This document shows, piece by piece, positions 12,800-26,841 of a stretch of DNA of 64,000 bases. Position numbers and translations under genes: made by a program. This DNA is from Octopus sinensis. Taxonomy: Eukaryota. Positions within the stretch are counted from its first letter, which is position 1. Every line of letters starts with the position of its first letter. The notes beneath the pieces were generated by a model that was not told where the DNA came from, made no database searches, and saw nothing but the letters and a program-made list of their open reading frames with translations. Where the stretch lies: the NCBI RefSeq assembly GCF_006345805.1, contig NC_042999.1, positions 55,924,001 through 55,988,000 of the forward strand. The letters run 5' to 3'.

Positions 12800-12993
12800 C
12801 TGTATTTTCCAGTATACAAGTTGACATAGTATACAGTATAAACATTCAAACATAGTCACCATTTTTCCAAGTCCTATTGCATTTCAAGTGGAATTTTTGG
12901 TCCTCCAAATTTGTCTTGGTGTATAAGTCAACTTACCTATTTTGGCTGTAAATTTTGGTCTGAAAAATTTAACTTGTATGCCAGAAAATATTG
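12800..12993. mobile_element. Tc1/pogo-type MITE
   Basis: TA-flanked TIRs ctgtattttccagtatacaagtt / aacttgtatgccagaaaatattg. Confidence 0.65.
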
Positions 12994-13086
12994 TACGATG
13001 ATATCTAAGTGACTTATTTTCCAATAAAAATTGGTTTTGAGTAAAGTGTAAAAAGACAAAAAAAGGAAAAGAAAAATTTCAAGTAA

Positions 13087-14568
13087 TCTATGTTATATAT
13101 TAAAAGGCAAGTTGTCTGTCTGTGTATGTGTTGTGTGAACCACTTCTACTCCTACAATTTTCAACTGAATTTCACTAAATTTGACATGTGAGCTCTCTTT
13201 GACTTAAGACGTTTTTTCTTATAATTTTTTCCTCGAAATTCTGCACCCCTAACAAAGATAGACTACTCTCAATTCACCTATGATTTGGCTTGAGCCAGCA
13301 AAAAAACATGACACACACTCAGCTGGAAAAAAATCAATATTTTACTTTCTCAGCTGTGGCAAGCTCTTATCGACTGCTTGCACAGTACTGCCAGCAGTAT
13401 TCATTTGTGAGTTACGATTTGCCTCTGTTTTCATGTGAGCACTCTTTTTCAAATAATTATTCTGACTTGAACTTGCCACTTCGAAACTCTTACCCAAAAT
13501 TAAAAATCTTTAATTCAGTCTGTTTAACATTTTTGCCAACTACGTTTTACTATTTTTTGGGTGCTTTTTCCTTAGGACTTTTACTATTGCATAAACTGAT
13601 AATTTTCCACCATGCCTCAATGCAAAAGATCCAATATAGGTCAGCAAACAAATGCTGCAAAGAAAAGTAAACATATGCGTGCAAATGAATCTGCTGAGGA
13701 TGCTGCCAGGAGGAATTCTCTCAATGCACTTAGGATGGCTTCAACACAATGAAGGGAAAGTGAAGAGCAGTGTTGTGATCGGTTAGCACATATTGCTGCG
13801 CAACAAGCTGCCCAGAACAATGAGCAATGTTCAGCAAACCGAACAAGAAATGCTTCCTCTACTACTGCTGCACAAGCTTCAGAGACTGCAGTACAATGAG
13901 CAGATTGACTTACAAGAGATGCTTCCTCAACTGCTGTTGCACGAGCTGCAGCATAATGCACAGATCAACTTCCAAGAGATGCTGCGCTCGCTACAGAGAC
14001 TACAGGGGAAAGTCAACAACGGATGTTGCTCTATGTGGCAAACAGGAAAACATCAGGTAACCATACCCTTGTCACCTTATTTATTTCATTAGCATAATCT
14101 TCACAGTATGCTCTCTGTTAAGTGTCCCCAATTGTGAGGTAGGCAACAGATACTACACTTTTCATCTTTTTTGCACAGGCCACATGTCAAATTTTTTCTT
14201 CAGATAATGTTGTATGTGCAACCCAGCGAAACAGCAGGTAAACATACTATTTCTCTTTGTCATACCTTTAGGCTCAACCTTTCCATTTGCTAAACAGCAC
14301 ATGTCAGCAGTTATGTGGTAAGGAAAATAAACTCAATTACTGCCATTTTTTTTACATATCGACCTACTGTCCCAATGGAAAACAATGACAATGGTGTGAG
14401 CATATGACTCTGCATGTTCACTATTGCACTAAATAAATCAACCAACACAGGGAACATCTGCCATTATAATTTCTTTCATTCAGTTCAGAGGTACATCCGT
14501 GAATGGTCAAATAACCAATCAGGCATACTTAACAAACAGCCCAGGGCAACGCCAGGTATGCCCGCTAG
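13087..14568 (+). mobile_element. Non-autonomous Helitron with a degenerate RepHel N-terminal-like remnant
   Basis: A|TC start, GC-rich subterminal sequence then CTAG|T end; Arg/Ala/Glu-rich repetitive reading frame with stops at 13670-14050. Confidence 0.65.
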
Positions 14569-14569
14569 T

Positions 14570-14830
14570 ACATATAAAGATGAGAATGTGTGTCTGTCTG
14601 TGTGAATCCCTAAAACTCGAGAACTACACAACCGATTTCATTCAAATTTTATACATGCCTTACTTAGGGTCCATGTAGTGTCATGGGCCAAAAAAATTTT
14701 CAACTTCTTGCCTAATGCAAGCCCAGAGCAAGCTCTTATCTCTTCTACTATTTCAGTATTATGTGTCAAAAGTGAAACAATAACATCTCTATTGTAATGT
14801 AAGATACTTTCACTTTAATAGTTACACTAT
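14570..14830 (+). mobile_element. 5' part of a second Helitron-like element
   Basis: tataaa...tgtctgtctgtgtg...gatttcattcaaatttt resembles the 5' end at 13095-13190. Confidence 0.45.
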
Positions 14831-14897
14831 TATCTCACATATTACATACATATATATTGTGTATATATATATTTATACATCTGCACATATGTATATA

Positions 14898-16129
14898 TTG
14901 GGTTGTCCGGAAAGTTCATGCTGATTTTTAAAGGAAAGAAAAAGGTCAATAAATAATTGCCATTACATATTTAATCAAGCAAATATGAACCATTTTGTTA
15001 CACAAAGCATCTCCATCTTTCCTTTAACTTTAAAATGCCCTCTTCCCAGAAGTGAGGTGGTTTCATGGCAAAGAATCCATCAAGGTATCTTTTTACGTCA
15101 TCCAAGGAATTGAAATTTTTACCATTAAGACTATTCTGCAGAGCCCTGAATAAGTGGAAATCCAAAGGGGCAATATCTGGTGAATATGGAGGGTGGGGTA
15201 AAACATCCCAGCCGAGCTGCAGCAATTTTTGTCTGGTTCCCAAAGAAACGTGCGGTCTTGCATTATTATGTTGGAAAACAACACCCTTCCTGTTGGCCAA
15301 TTCTGGACGTTTCTCTTGAATTGCTTTTAACACGTCCAGTTGTGTGCAGTATTTCTCAGAATTGTCTGGTTACTTGAGAAGCTCATAGTACAGAATTCCT
15401 TTCCAATCCCACCAGACACAAAGCAAGACTTTTTTAGGGTGAAGACCCGCTTTTGGAGTGGCTAAGGGTGACTCATGTCGCTTACTTCAGGATTGCTTTC
15501 TCTGAACATTTCGGTAGAAAATCCATTTCTCATCTCCTGTCACAATTTGCTTTAAAAAAACGCACGTTTTCATTCTGTTTATAATGCAAATCACAGATGG
15601 AAATGTGATCCAAAAGGTTCTTCTCATTCAACTCATGTGGTACCTAAACATCGTAGTGATTTGTGTACCCAAGCTTCACCAGGTGCTCATGAACAATGGG
15701 TTTTGATAGGTTGAGGCTTTCTGCCAATTCTCGAGTTGTGCAATGTGGGTTATTCTCAATTAATGACTTGATTTGGTCATCATCTGTAGTGGATGGTCTG
15801 CCTGATTGCTCTTTACCAATAAGGCTACAATCTCCAGCTCGGAACCTTGTGAACCACTTCCGTACAATTCTTTCAGTTAAAGAAACATCACCGTAAACTG
15901 CGCATATTTCTTTGGTGGCTTGTGAGGCATTTTCCCTTATCTTCCATTTTAAAGGGTTACAGAATTAACACAGATTATAGGAACATAAACCTCCTTCCAT
16001 GAAAAGATAGCTTAAACTGTGCTCTAAATGGAGGTGTAGTCAACTCCTATTTTATGGACTCAACCATGTTCTAAAATAAGTCGAAAGGTAAGCTACTATA
16101 AATCGGCACAAACTTTCCGGACAACCCAA
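14898..16129 (-). mobile_element. Near full-length mariner (D,D34D type), transposase pseudogenised
   Basis: TA-flanked TIRs ttgggttgtccggaaagtt / aactttccggacaacccaa; motifs TGDEKW, HNNARPH (catalytic D changed to N), HPPYSPDIAPLDFHLF; stops and frameshifts. Confidence 0.93.
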
Positions 16130-16374
16130 TAGATATATAGATTTATGTTTATATATGTACATATGTATGTATATATATATATGTAAGCATGTATATATGT
16201 GTACACATGTATGTATGTATATATATATATATACCAAGTTCAATCATCACCATTATTGACTTTTGAGAAACCTTTAGCTAATCATCAGAGATGTTACACG
16301 GCTACATACTAGAGTACTATCCAATATTGATTACATCCTGTGTATTTCTCCAATGAAGAAACACTAATTTTATT

Positions 16375-16375
16375 T

Positions 16376-16421
<46 letters not shown>
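16375..16421. repeat. (TA)n microsatellite
   Basis: Direct observation. Confidence 0.9.
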
Positions 16422-16424
<3 letters not shown>

Positions 16425-17619
16425 ACTAGCTTCAGCCAGTGGGCTGTTGCCATGATGGAACACTACCACTTTATGTATATAAGGTTGTGAAGAAACATTA
16501 TTTCTCTCAGTCAATGTTTCCTATTTCAATAAGTTTTCTTTCAACGTTTGATAGTGTTATATACACAAGTGCAGGCGTCCCAGATTGGTCAGTTCAATGC
16601 AGTTAATGTTCAGCTGAAAGGTGTGTACATGGGTCTCTGGTGAGAAAACAGAAGTGAAGTGTGATATCCAGTATTTTTATTTATGAATTGCTTTATGGGC
16701 ACATGTTTCATACAGACCTAGTAAGAGGTTGAGTGGAGCTAACTAGTCCAGCGAAAATTATAGTGGTGAAAGAATATATAGAAGAAACAAAGTATGTAGA
16801 CCTGAGATTATGTTGGTGGGTAACTCTTTGCCAATAAGTTGAATAAATTTCTTTTATGCCTCTGTACAGTAACAGGTGTAACACTGTCCCATATGTGTAG
16901 TATTCCAATGTAGTTCACAATTGAGCTTTCTCGCTAGCCATTAGGACTGAAATATTTCTTTACTCCAAAGTACAATTTTAACCTTTGTGATGCCATTTTT
17001 GCATCATCTCATATATTGTCATCATCATCTAATATCCACTTTCTATGCTGGCATGTGTTGGACATTCTGATAGAAAACTGGCAAGCTGCAGGACCATGCC
17101 AACTTACAATGTCATCTTTGGCATGGTTTCTATGGCTGGGTGCCCTTCCTTGCACCAACTACTTAATAGAGTGTACTGGGTGCGTTTTGGGGGCCACCAG
17201 TACTAGCAATGTTGCTATGTAACTTGCAAGACAAAAAAGACCAAGGAGAAAGGAAAGGGAAAAGTTCCCACTATGAAGAGAAAGTATTTGGGAGGAGAAG
17301 ATTTACGCCAAATGTTGAAAGACAAAGTATGACAGAGAGACAATCACAGGTATCTTGCTATAGAGAAGATATGTGGCTGAAGGAGACAAAGGATGGTAGT
17401 GATGGGTGCAGGAGCAGACTATCAAGGAACAAGAAGGCAAGCATAAGTGAGGATATGGACAGTGGGTCATGGGAGTGAGTGAGAAAATGTGTGGATGCTT
17501 TCATAGGAGTGTGAAAGGGGAGTAAAAGGTAGAGGTTAATGTAATGAGTGCTAAATAAGGGTAGGGGTACAGATGATGGGGAATACCAATATGTAGAGAG
17601 TAATATAGGGTATATAGTT

Positions 17620-18150
17620 TGGCTTCATGCTCAAAAGAGCTATAATAGATGCAATTTTCCTACTGAAGCAACTGTAAGAGAAATTGACTGTGAAGAGTAA
17701 GCCACTATTCTTGGTATTCATTAACTTGGAAAAGACATTTTACAGGGTATTGCATTTAATAATTTCATGATCCCTAAGGAAACAAAGAGTAGACAAATGA
17801 CATGCAAGGGCTATACAAACTATGTGCAGTAAGTAAATCAAGAGTCAACTATTTCAGTGAAGGTAGGAGTACATCAAGGCTCAGTCCTGTCTTTTTCTAT
17901 TCACTGTAGTCCTATAGGTCATCATAGAGGTACTTAAGACTAGCTGTCCATGGAAACGCTTATACACTGGTGACTTAGTTATCATAGCTAAATTTAGTGA
18001 AATTATAGAGGAAATTCCAAGCATGGAAGCTAAACCTAGAATTGAGAGGCTTCAAGGTAAATTTGGCAAAGACTAATGTTTCAGTAAGTAAGAAAGAAGA
18101 GAGGACCAAGCATCATCAGGAGAATGGTTTTGTTTGATGTGCAGGAAAGA
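17620..18150 (+). mobile_element. RTE-like LINE reverse transcriptase fragment
   Basis: Degenerate VKVGVHQGSVLS...CPW..LY..DLVI. Confidence 0.65.
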
Positions 18151-18154
18151 AGTA

Positions 18155-18970
18155 CGAGGGTTGGCTGAAAAGTTTATAGGACAACCAAGATACTCTCATG
18201 GAATGTGACCAAATGAGGTTTATTTTTCAACACAGTCGTCCTTGTGGTCCACATACTTTTTCCCATTGGCGTTACAGTGCTTAGATCTCATTGAAGAAGC
18301 GGTCATTCTGTTGGTTAAAAAAGTCATCAACAGTAGATATGCACAGCATGACTGTGGCTTTGAACAGTCATGAACAGCCATTGAAGCCACAGTCATTGAA
18401 ACCAAAGACTTGCATTGTCCAGATGAAACAAGACCCTTTTTGTTACTGCCTCAGTAAGTTGGCATAGTTCTCTCCATTGATAATACGGCTCTTTCAAAAA
18501 TAGTCAATAAACATCTCAAAAAACCGAGGCCATCACTTTTCTTGCAGACAAAACGATCTTAGCTTTCTTTGGAGTAATGTTTTCACAGCATAGAGTGTCT
18601 TTGGCTTATCCTGGATGAGAAAATATTCAAAGAAACAAACTGGATCTGCCTCAAACAGTGTCAGATTTTCCCATAATGTGATCAGTCTGGTGCACTTTTG
18701 ATCCAATGTCAGAAACCTTCATCATGCCAAGATCATTGTGCAGAATATTCTCAAATTTCTCATGAGATATACTAATAGCATTGGTTACCTGATTTGTAGT
18801 CAACTGCCTGTCATTCATCACCATGTAGTGAACATGATCAAGGTTTACCTTGATGATAGCAGTTGCAAGATGTCTAGACACACATCAGGTTATCTTCAAG
18901 ACTACCTGCTCCCCTCCTAAAGTCAGTTACTCACTTTTGCACTGTTGATGAAGCTAGAGTATCACCTCCT
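18155..18970 (-). mobile_element. Truncated mariner remnant
   Basis: TA|cgagggttggctgaaaagtt terminus; transposase-like ...DDCVEK* end and ILHNDLGMMKVS. Confidence 0.65.
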
Positions 18971-19559
18971 TGGAACTTTGGAAGAGAAAGACAAAGGATT
19001 TGAAAGAAAAAGGTGACCCACATATGCCAGAGATATCAAAGGCCATGGTGATTGGCACTATGCAGTGCTACAAAAGACCCACCTGCCAATGGAAAAATGC
19101 ACACACTCTAACATAAAGATAGTAATTAAAAAGCTTTGTGCATTTCTTTCCATTGAGCCCACCTTACAATCTTCCCTCTTGGGTTCTCATCTCTTCGTTT
19201 GTCACTCACAAGCACATCACTCCCAAGTCACCTCTATTGCCATCCAACAAATCTTACTATCTGCCCTTACACCTCTAGCCATTCTTTCTTTCCTTATATT
19301 CTCTCCACTGCCTCCACATGTAGAATGCTTTTGTGATATTCACACTCTGCTCTTCTTGCTCCTACCTTTATGGTGCCTTTCAGTGTCGCATTGCCTTTAC
19401 TACTCTCTACTCCCCAGCTTTCATCACCCCTTCTCTTTTCCCCCTCTCTTACCTATCTCCACAACCCCACACCTCTTCACCTTTTATTACTCCCTTCATA
19501 CACCTAACCATGCTTGCCCCTTACAAACAACATCATACACAACCCACCCATAAGGTATA

Positions 19560-20640
19560 AGGTATTTAGGCTGCCTGTGGAAGACATTTGTGTGAGGAAG
19601 GTTAAAAAGGTATGAAGTGTGACATTATCTGCAAGAAGAGGATAATAAATATTACCAAAATCTTTGGACTTGAGAGAATGTGAACCAAAGAAAACTCTTT
19701 GGGTTCATGCTGCAGTCTGACAGGAAGTTTCTACTCTTAAGAAATAATAAACAGGTGGAAATAATGTGTGTGCAGATTAACTAAGAATTTCACATGCCAA
19801 AAACGGTTGAAGACTATGCTTAAGCCATGTGCCACAGTACAGCTTTCAGTGAAGTCCTCAAAGGCAAGGGAACACATGACATAGAACAGTAAGTTTCTGG
19901 TATGACCCAGCAATGAAATGGTTGAGAAACAGGAAGTAATATAGGGGGAGAAAGTAGCTGTTGACAAGGATTTTCATTTTAGAAGTAGAAATATTAAATT
20001 GGCAGATTGTAGGGCCAGAGAGGATTTCTTCTTAAGGAAAGGGATGTGCAACCGAAAGTTATAATGGGGGGAGGGAGAGAGAGAGAGATGGAGTAAAGAG
20101 TTTGATGAGGATAACAACTCTTAAGAGTGATGGAAGAAATATCATCAGACCCACTTACTTTGTATTGGGTTAATATTCATGGGATTGAAAATGGTAAAGA
20201 AATTAACAGAGGTTAACTTCTCATTTGGGATGTAGTTACAGAAAAGTACCAAATAAGGTTACATTTTAGATTTTTATTGGTTTGATCTGGTTGTAAGAAC
20301 TGCCCATAGCCTTCACAGGCTGTTATCTGATAACCAGGTAACAGAAGTGAAAGTTGGGAGAGTAAAGAGGGCAACAAAAACAGCAAAAAAATCTATGGAT
20401 AAGGGATAAGAGATCTGATGTAAGGTTTGTGTTAATAAGTGGTGCATAAAGCCTAGAAATCTATGGATATTAGGAAGAAAAAAATTGTCTGGAGGATTTT
20501 GCTTTATTTCTTAGCACCAATGTAGAGAGTATAACAAGAAAGTCGATTATGCTTTGAGGAAGTGCTGAGTAACAAAGGTACTGGTTGATACATGAAAGAT
20601 TACTGAGTTATTTGTGCATGATTTAAGTAGAGCAAGCAGT
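19560..20640 (-). mobile_element. Degenerate CR1/Jockey-like LINE RT fragment
   Basis: Remnants such as LSIVFNRFWH (DKVWH-like) in broken frames. Confidence 0.45.
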
Positions 20641-21639
20641 GGACAAATATATGACTTGAATATCTTTGTCCTCAAATGGAATAACAACTGCAGACCAACC
20701 CAACATAAAGGACATTAAATAATTATGATGGTGATGATATATGTCTTTATAAACCAAACAATTTTAGTGAAAAGTGATACGTTTTCATGAAATTGAAGAA
20801 CTGTTTGATTAGCTTCAGATTCTGTTGAGTTAAACAAATGACAGATGAGTCTTTACTTCATTTAAGATATCAATTGACTGAAAGGAACATTCTAAGGAAG
20901 TGCTCATACTAAATGGTTAGATCATACCTGACAACATTTGCTGGAGACAGTTGAAATATGGAAAGATGCAGATTTGTTCAGGACATCAAAATGACAATCA
21001 GGTGATAAAAGTCACTAAATTATATCTTCATTAAAAATGAAGCTTCCTTTTCTAAATTGTAAACCGAAACAACTAAGAATTTGCAAATACACTGAGTCAT
21101 CATAAACCAAAATAAGAGAGTTGTTAAAACCAAAGAGGGAGTCTCATTAACCTACTAGATATAACAACAAAATTTCCCTCAAAGTATACAGTACTGTCTT
21201 ACAAAAGGATATATTGACTGATGTAGTCTTAAATACCTTATGCCTTAAGGGAAGATAAGATAGCCAAGGCTGGAATAATTTTGATCATAGAAACTGTTCA
21301 GCTGAAACTATACAACTTTAATCAATTAATTAATCAAGTAGGCTATAAAGAAAAATCTATCAAATCTAAAATTAGAGACAAAAAACTAAAAGCAATCCTA
21401 AAATGAATTTTTTAAATATTTGTTCTTGGTCCTGTAGACTGACATTTTACTATTGATGGAGAGTAGAAGGCGTAGAATGGAGAGTAGACGCTATTGATGG
21501 AGAGTAGAAGGTATAGAAATATATGTGCATGCATGTGTAATAATACACAGAATGCAAATTTGTTAGAATCAAGCTACATTAAAATAGTCTGAAGAGATGC
21601 ATGTTTTAAAAATATGAAGTCAAACATATTTGTGCATTA

Positions 21640-24600
21640 TTTTTATTATTTATTCTAATTATTTTCCTGCATATATTTTAAACCAGTTTTTTTTTAATAC
21701 TTAATATTCCAGAAACAACGTCATATTAAAAGAATTTCATAATTAATAATAAAAATGTCCTCAGAGTGTATACAGAGATATTCATGGAAATAATAATTAT
21801 TATTTTTAAAAAAAATTATTTATTTACAAACAGTAATGATTTTTTTTTTTTTCAATAAATATCAATATATTTTAATGTTCATGTTTAATTTTGATGTTGT
21901 TAAATGAATTAAACAACTAATATTTTATACAGAGATCCATTAACATGATGAGAAGAGTAATACAGATCCCAACCACACTAATAAAAAAGAAAAAAATTAT
22001 CAGACATGAATAAAACATATACTTGTATATATAAAATAAATCGTTTCTGAAAATAAGCTTTCAATGAACTGGTTCAAAGAAAATTGAATAAGACTTTGAT
22101 AAGAGGATCGAGTAACTTGACCAATGCCAAATTATGAGGAGACTAAATGAAGTAGCGAAAATAAATTATTACACAATCCAATAGTGACAATTTTGGTTTT
22201 TTCCCCGTCTTTGTACAGTAGTATTATTGTTATTATAAAATTCAGTATTATATGCATATTTATAAAGTATTCCTTAAAAGGATTAAAAGGTAGAAATGCA
22301 TGTCCTGGATGTAAGAATTTAATATAATACACACATTTATCTTGAAAATGCTTTTATACTTTTCACAATTTTCTGTTTCAGCAGTTGCAGATAATCAAAT
22401 AATTCAAGATTTTTGAATAAAACAATTAAAAAATGAATTTTAACTATTTGAAATTCAATATAAATAGATTTCACCTCATCTGTGTATCTGTCAATACAGT
22501 TATGACTTAATCAACTACAAAATATTGTTTTAAGTAATAATCTGATGCCCAAAATTTCTTAAATGTTAAATTCTTACATTAGTTTCTCTCTAAACTTATC
22601 AAATAATATTGTTACATATTGCATTTTTACCATAAAGGTTTTAAAAAGAAGACAACCGTTGCATTCTTTTGAAATACATCACTGAATTCTACTCTCTCAC
22701 ATACACGCAAGAAAAAAAAAGCCTGTAAAAATTCCACTTGGTAGAATAACATTTATTTATCATTAGAATAATAAAAATAACTTAACATCCTGACCCAACC
22801 CTATACGATAGAGAAATAACAAAAACATTTACATAAAAATGGCAATTTATTTGAAAGAATGAAACTTTAAAATGTTAATTAATTAATTGTATATGAGAGT
22901 TCAAGCATATACATATGCAGACATATGCACACAACTTTTTCTGTCAATCAATGAATCACAGCACATTTTTGTTTTAAATATCTGGATGGTTAATTAGGAG
23001 GTAAGGTAAGCTACTGATGTTTGTTAAGCTTGATCATAAACAATATATAAAAATGTTTACATCTATTTTTCAGATAAGCAATAAATTGTTAAGAAAGAGA
23101 AACAATAAATTAAAAATTTTCGAGAGATATAATGCGATTCAAAAACAATCACTGATTGCACTTTTTTATCTTCTTTCTTTGAAGTCATTCAAAACTTTCT
23201 AAGTATTATTCAATCTTTTTAAAATAAAAATTTAAATGTATTTTTAGTTTAATAAGTATTTCAACCCTATCTATTTATATCTATCCTCTGTCAAAATATA
23301 ATGATTTTTATTAATTCTAAGTTTAGGGAAAATACTTTTATATAACAAATATGTTTACATTTGTAAATAAACAAGTACTGACTTTGAGGTAATCAAAATA
23401 ACTATTTTCAGTAATTCAGCTGTATACTGTTCATTAACAAAAAGCAAAACAAAACAAAAGAAGCAAAAAACGCCATTAAAAAAAAATCATCTAAAATATG
23501 AGTAGATATGGAACATCTTAATTATTACCCCAAATTTTCAACAATATAATTACACTGCAAAAATCTGAACTAAGAAAAAATTCATTCACTCATTCTATTT
23601 TTAATTTTAAATTTCCATTTTATGGGATTTATAAACAAACTACAAAATCATTTCATACTAACCAATAAGAGACAGAAGGAATTGTAAAATAATTTCAATA
23701 CCTTCAAATGTAAAAATTGCCAACAACTAAATTTCTTTAATCAACTAATACTTCATACTTATAGGAGAGAAAAAACAAAAAAATAACTTTTTTTTCCAAA
23801 TTTTTCTCATAATTATCAACAACATAAAAGGAAATGAAATTGTTACCCCTTGGAGTAAAAATAAAGTAGAATAGACTAGCCAGGAGCTTACATCATCTAC
23901 ATTACGGTACTTAACTTGTGTGTATGGCTATAAACATAAGAACTGATACTTTATTTAAATCATGCATTAATAATGATGGCAAAAAATAAAAGCTCAGTTT
24001 ATAAATCATTTATAACCTAATTGCTATAAAACTGACACTAACACAGACATTTCAACAAATATTCAAAAGTAATTTTGAAACAAAGTAAATATAAGAAATT
24101 ATTGACATGATTTTGAGACACTATTTCTAATTCAAAGAACAGTACAAACAACTAATTATTTAAAAAAAGACTGGGTGACAGCTAGTAATGCTTCTATTGA
24201 ATACCTAACATTAGCAAACAAACTTTTAGTTAATACTATTAATAAATTCTGAAAAAGATATGATGCATTTGCTGAAATATAAGCTTATACATATATACTT
24301 ATGCAAATTGGAATATAAACAATGGACAAAAACTAAATTTTCTTAGTCTTTATCACTAAAAATTTATTAACAATAGTTAGTTTTCAACTAGAAAGTTGAC
24401 ATCACATTTGTCAGAAATCATTTAGAAATACAACTGTCAAAAGAGATTGATTCAATGTATATTTCTAGGAGAGAAAAGTATGAAAGACTAAAAAGAAGAA
24501 AAAAAGTATTAAAAGTCAACAATTAAAAAAATCTTAATCAAAATATATATCAAAGCTTTCAATGATAATTTTTCTGTTCAAATTATCACCATTTGTAACA

Positions 24601-26748
24601 TTTCCTAATTTAATTTTTCAAAAGTAATTCTATCTTCAAAATTTTTATTACATTAATTTATTTTAAATGAAGATAATTTTTTTCACATGATTATGAAGGG
24701 AAATTATATAATGATATGATTATAAAAATTTTATTTTAATTAATATGCTTTTAAAAAAGAAAAAGAAAGATGTAGGTGAAAAAAAAAACTGTATTAATGG
24801 GCCAAGGAAAGGAATGAGTAAAAGTGTGATAAAGATGTAAGCAAAAATGGAGACAAAACTAAATTCATAATAGAGCAATTGGTGTTATATTTTGATATTT
24901 TTACCTTTATTTCTGCACAGCAGAAAAATGCAATAAACAAATGTATTTTTTGCAACAATACTCCACAAAGTAGTTATTTACAGTTCAGAAATACACTTGA
25001 TGAGGTCATATTTAAAAGTCACCTCCGCTTAACTGCAACCTCACTCCTCTTGTATCTGTCTTTAAGACTGTATGTGTGCGTGTGTGTATTATGTGTGTGT
25101 GTCTACACACACTCATGTATGTATATATGTGTGTTCATAAAACCCCACAAAAGAAGATCTACAAAATCTTCAAAAAAGATAAAATACAAAAATAATGATA
25201 ATGTGCAAACAAAGATACCAATAATGAAATAAATTGTCCTAAGAATACAAAACACTCAAAAACAAAATGGAATTAATTTTAAAATAAGCATTGAAAATGT
25301 TGAAAAATTTGTTACAATTGGCAGTAATTGAATCTATCAAATACTTAATCGATGAGTGTAAAATGCTAGGCTTAATTTGTTTAATTTAAAGACAAAATTC
25401 TAATTTAAAAAGAATAAATAAAATGTTCTTATAAAAAAAAAGAAAATGAAATGCTAGAATCAGGTCTACATTCCATTTGAAAATTACCAAGAATGTGCTG
25501 TTAGTAATCTTGTACAGTCTTAACTTTTAAAATGGTATGAGTCAAGAATTAAGTATCAAAATGTATAGCAACACCATCAAAGATACAAAATATTTCAAAA
25601 ATTGCAAAGTTGCTACTTCTTTAGGCCATGATTTTCTAATAGTTCATAAACTTGGCAGAATTATTAGTTTCTTATCATTGATAAAGAAAAATTACAAAAA
25701 AAAAATACTATTTCCCAACACCCATGAAGTATTTTTGAAATATACATACTGTGTGTGTATATATATATATACATATATATATATATCACTTACAATGATA
25801 TTAATGAAGAGCTTGTCAAAAGTCAGAGATCAAAAAAAAAATGCAAGTTTTACATTATAACATAATTATAGGTGCACTGTATTTAGTAGGGAGTATTAAC
25901 AATGAAAATTATTAATAAAGATGATATCAAGATATAGCAACTAAAGTAGTCGCTAATGGAAAGAATGATATGTGCTCCAGTATGACCACAGTCAAGAGAC
26001 TGAAACCAGTACAAGAATGTGCAATTTCTAATATAGTTATTCAGAAATAGTGGTAGCAAGCTGACTAATATAAATTACAGTTTATATTAAAATAATTACC
26101 ATACAATATTTTCTTTTTTAAAAATTAGTTTTCAATTAATTAATTTACAGCAGCCAACCATGCAGCCACAATTCATGAATGTTAGTTAGTAATTGAGACC
26201 TTTAAAATATGTTATTCAACTTTTCCATTCTCTTGTTTCTTTCCCCACCTAGAGCAATGCCCAGTAGTAGCATTAGTGTAAAACTTAAGACTGAAAATAA
26301 ATTCAATCATCATAGGAATAAAAGTATAAAAAGACATGACTTTCCTTGCAACTTTAAAGCCTTTTTTTTTTTGCCCTCACCCCACCCCTTCAAATAATAA
26401 AACAAAAGTATGTATTAGAATTGTACAGAGCTAGTATATTTACACATACATTTTTACATCCCTATTCCTATGACTGTGCAATACAAAATTCCCTTGCTCA
26501 AAATACTACATAAACCTTGCAAAATAAACTTCAGCAGTCACTAAATTTATAGCAAATTAACTAATTTATTCTCCTATTTAAATTACAGTAACTTAAGGTT
26601 AAAAAAAAAATCAAATAAAGGTTTTACATCATGCTATGTTGAGTTTCAGAACTTGTAACAAATTGTTCACTACTGGCAGAGAGATAGCATAATCCAAGAA
26701 TTACATATTTACACAAAAGTGCAAAATATAATTTGCTATCAGTAAATT
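21640..26748 (-). other. Putative long 3'UTR of KMT2C/D (end uncertain)
   Basis: About 5 kb that is U-rich on the minus strand with no recognisable TEs; minus-strand AATAAA (tttatt) near 21642 and 21818. Confidence 0.5.
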
Positions 26749-26841
26749 CTAGTTCATCCATTTTCTGCAGTTTGGAGCCCCACACAAGCATGGAATTTTG
26801 TGCTGATCATCTTCGAAGTCAAATTTGTAATCATAGGTTAA
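26749..26841 (-). CDS. KMT2C: KMT2C/D last coding exon (SET end + post-SET)
   Basis: cag|[30 protein letters not shown], 93 nt. Absent from the ORF track. Confidence 0.97.
   Translation of the reverse strand, partial: LTYDYKFDFEDDQHKIPCLCGAPNCRKWMN

Noticed and set aside
14998-15333. Mariner ORF near a SET gene, suggesting a SETMAR-like fusion
   Set aside because: It lies about 11 kb past the KMT2C stop, a catalytic Asp is mutated, the frame is broken, and no splice link is evident
19065-19553. 162-aa ORF and many other short track ORFs
   Set aside because: They come from pyrimidine-rich low-complexity or repeat-derived sequence, or are antisense shadows of real exons
21450-21512. Direct repeat ctattgatggagagtagaagg x2 (and tgtgcatattct x3 at about 3160-3195)
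   Set aside because: Small local slippage duplications with no further structure
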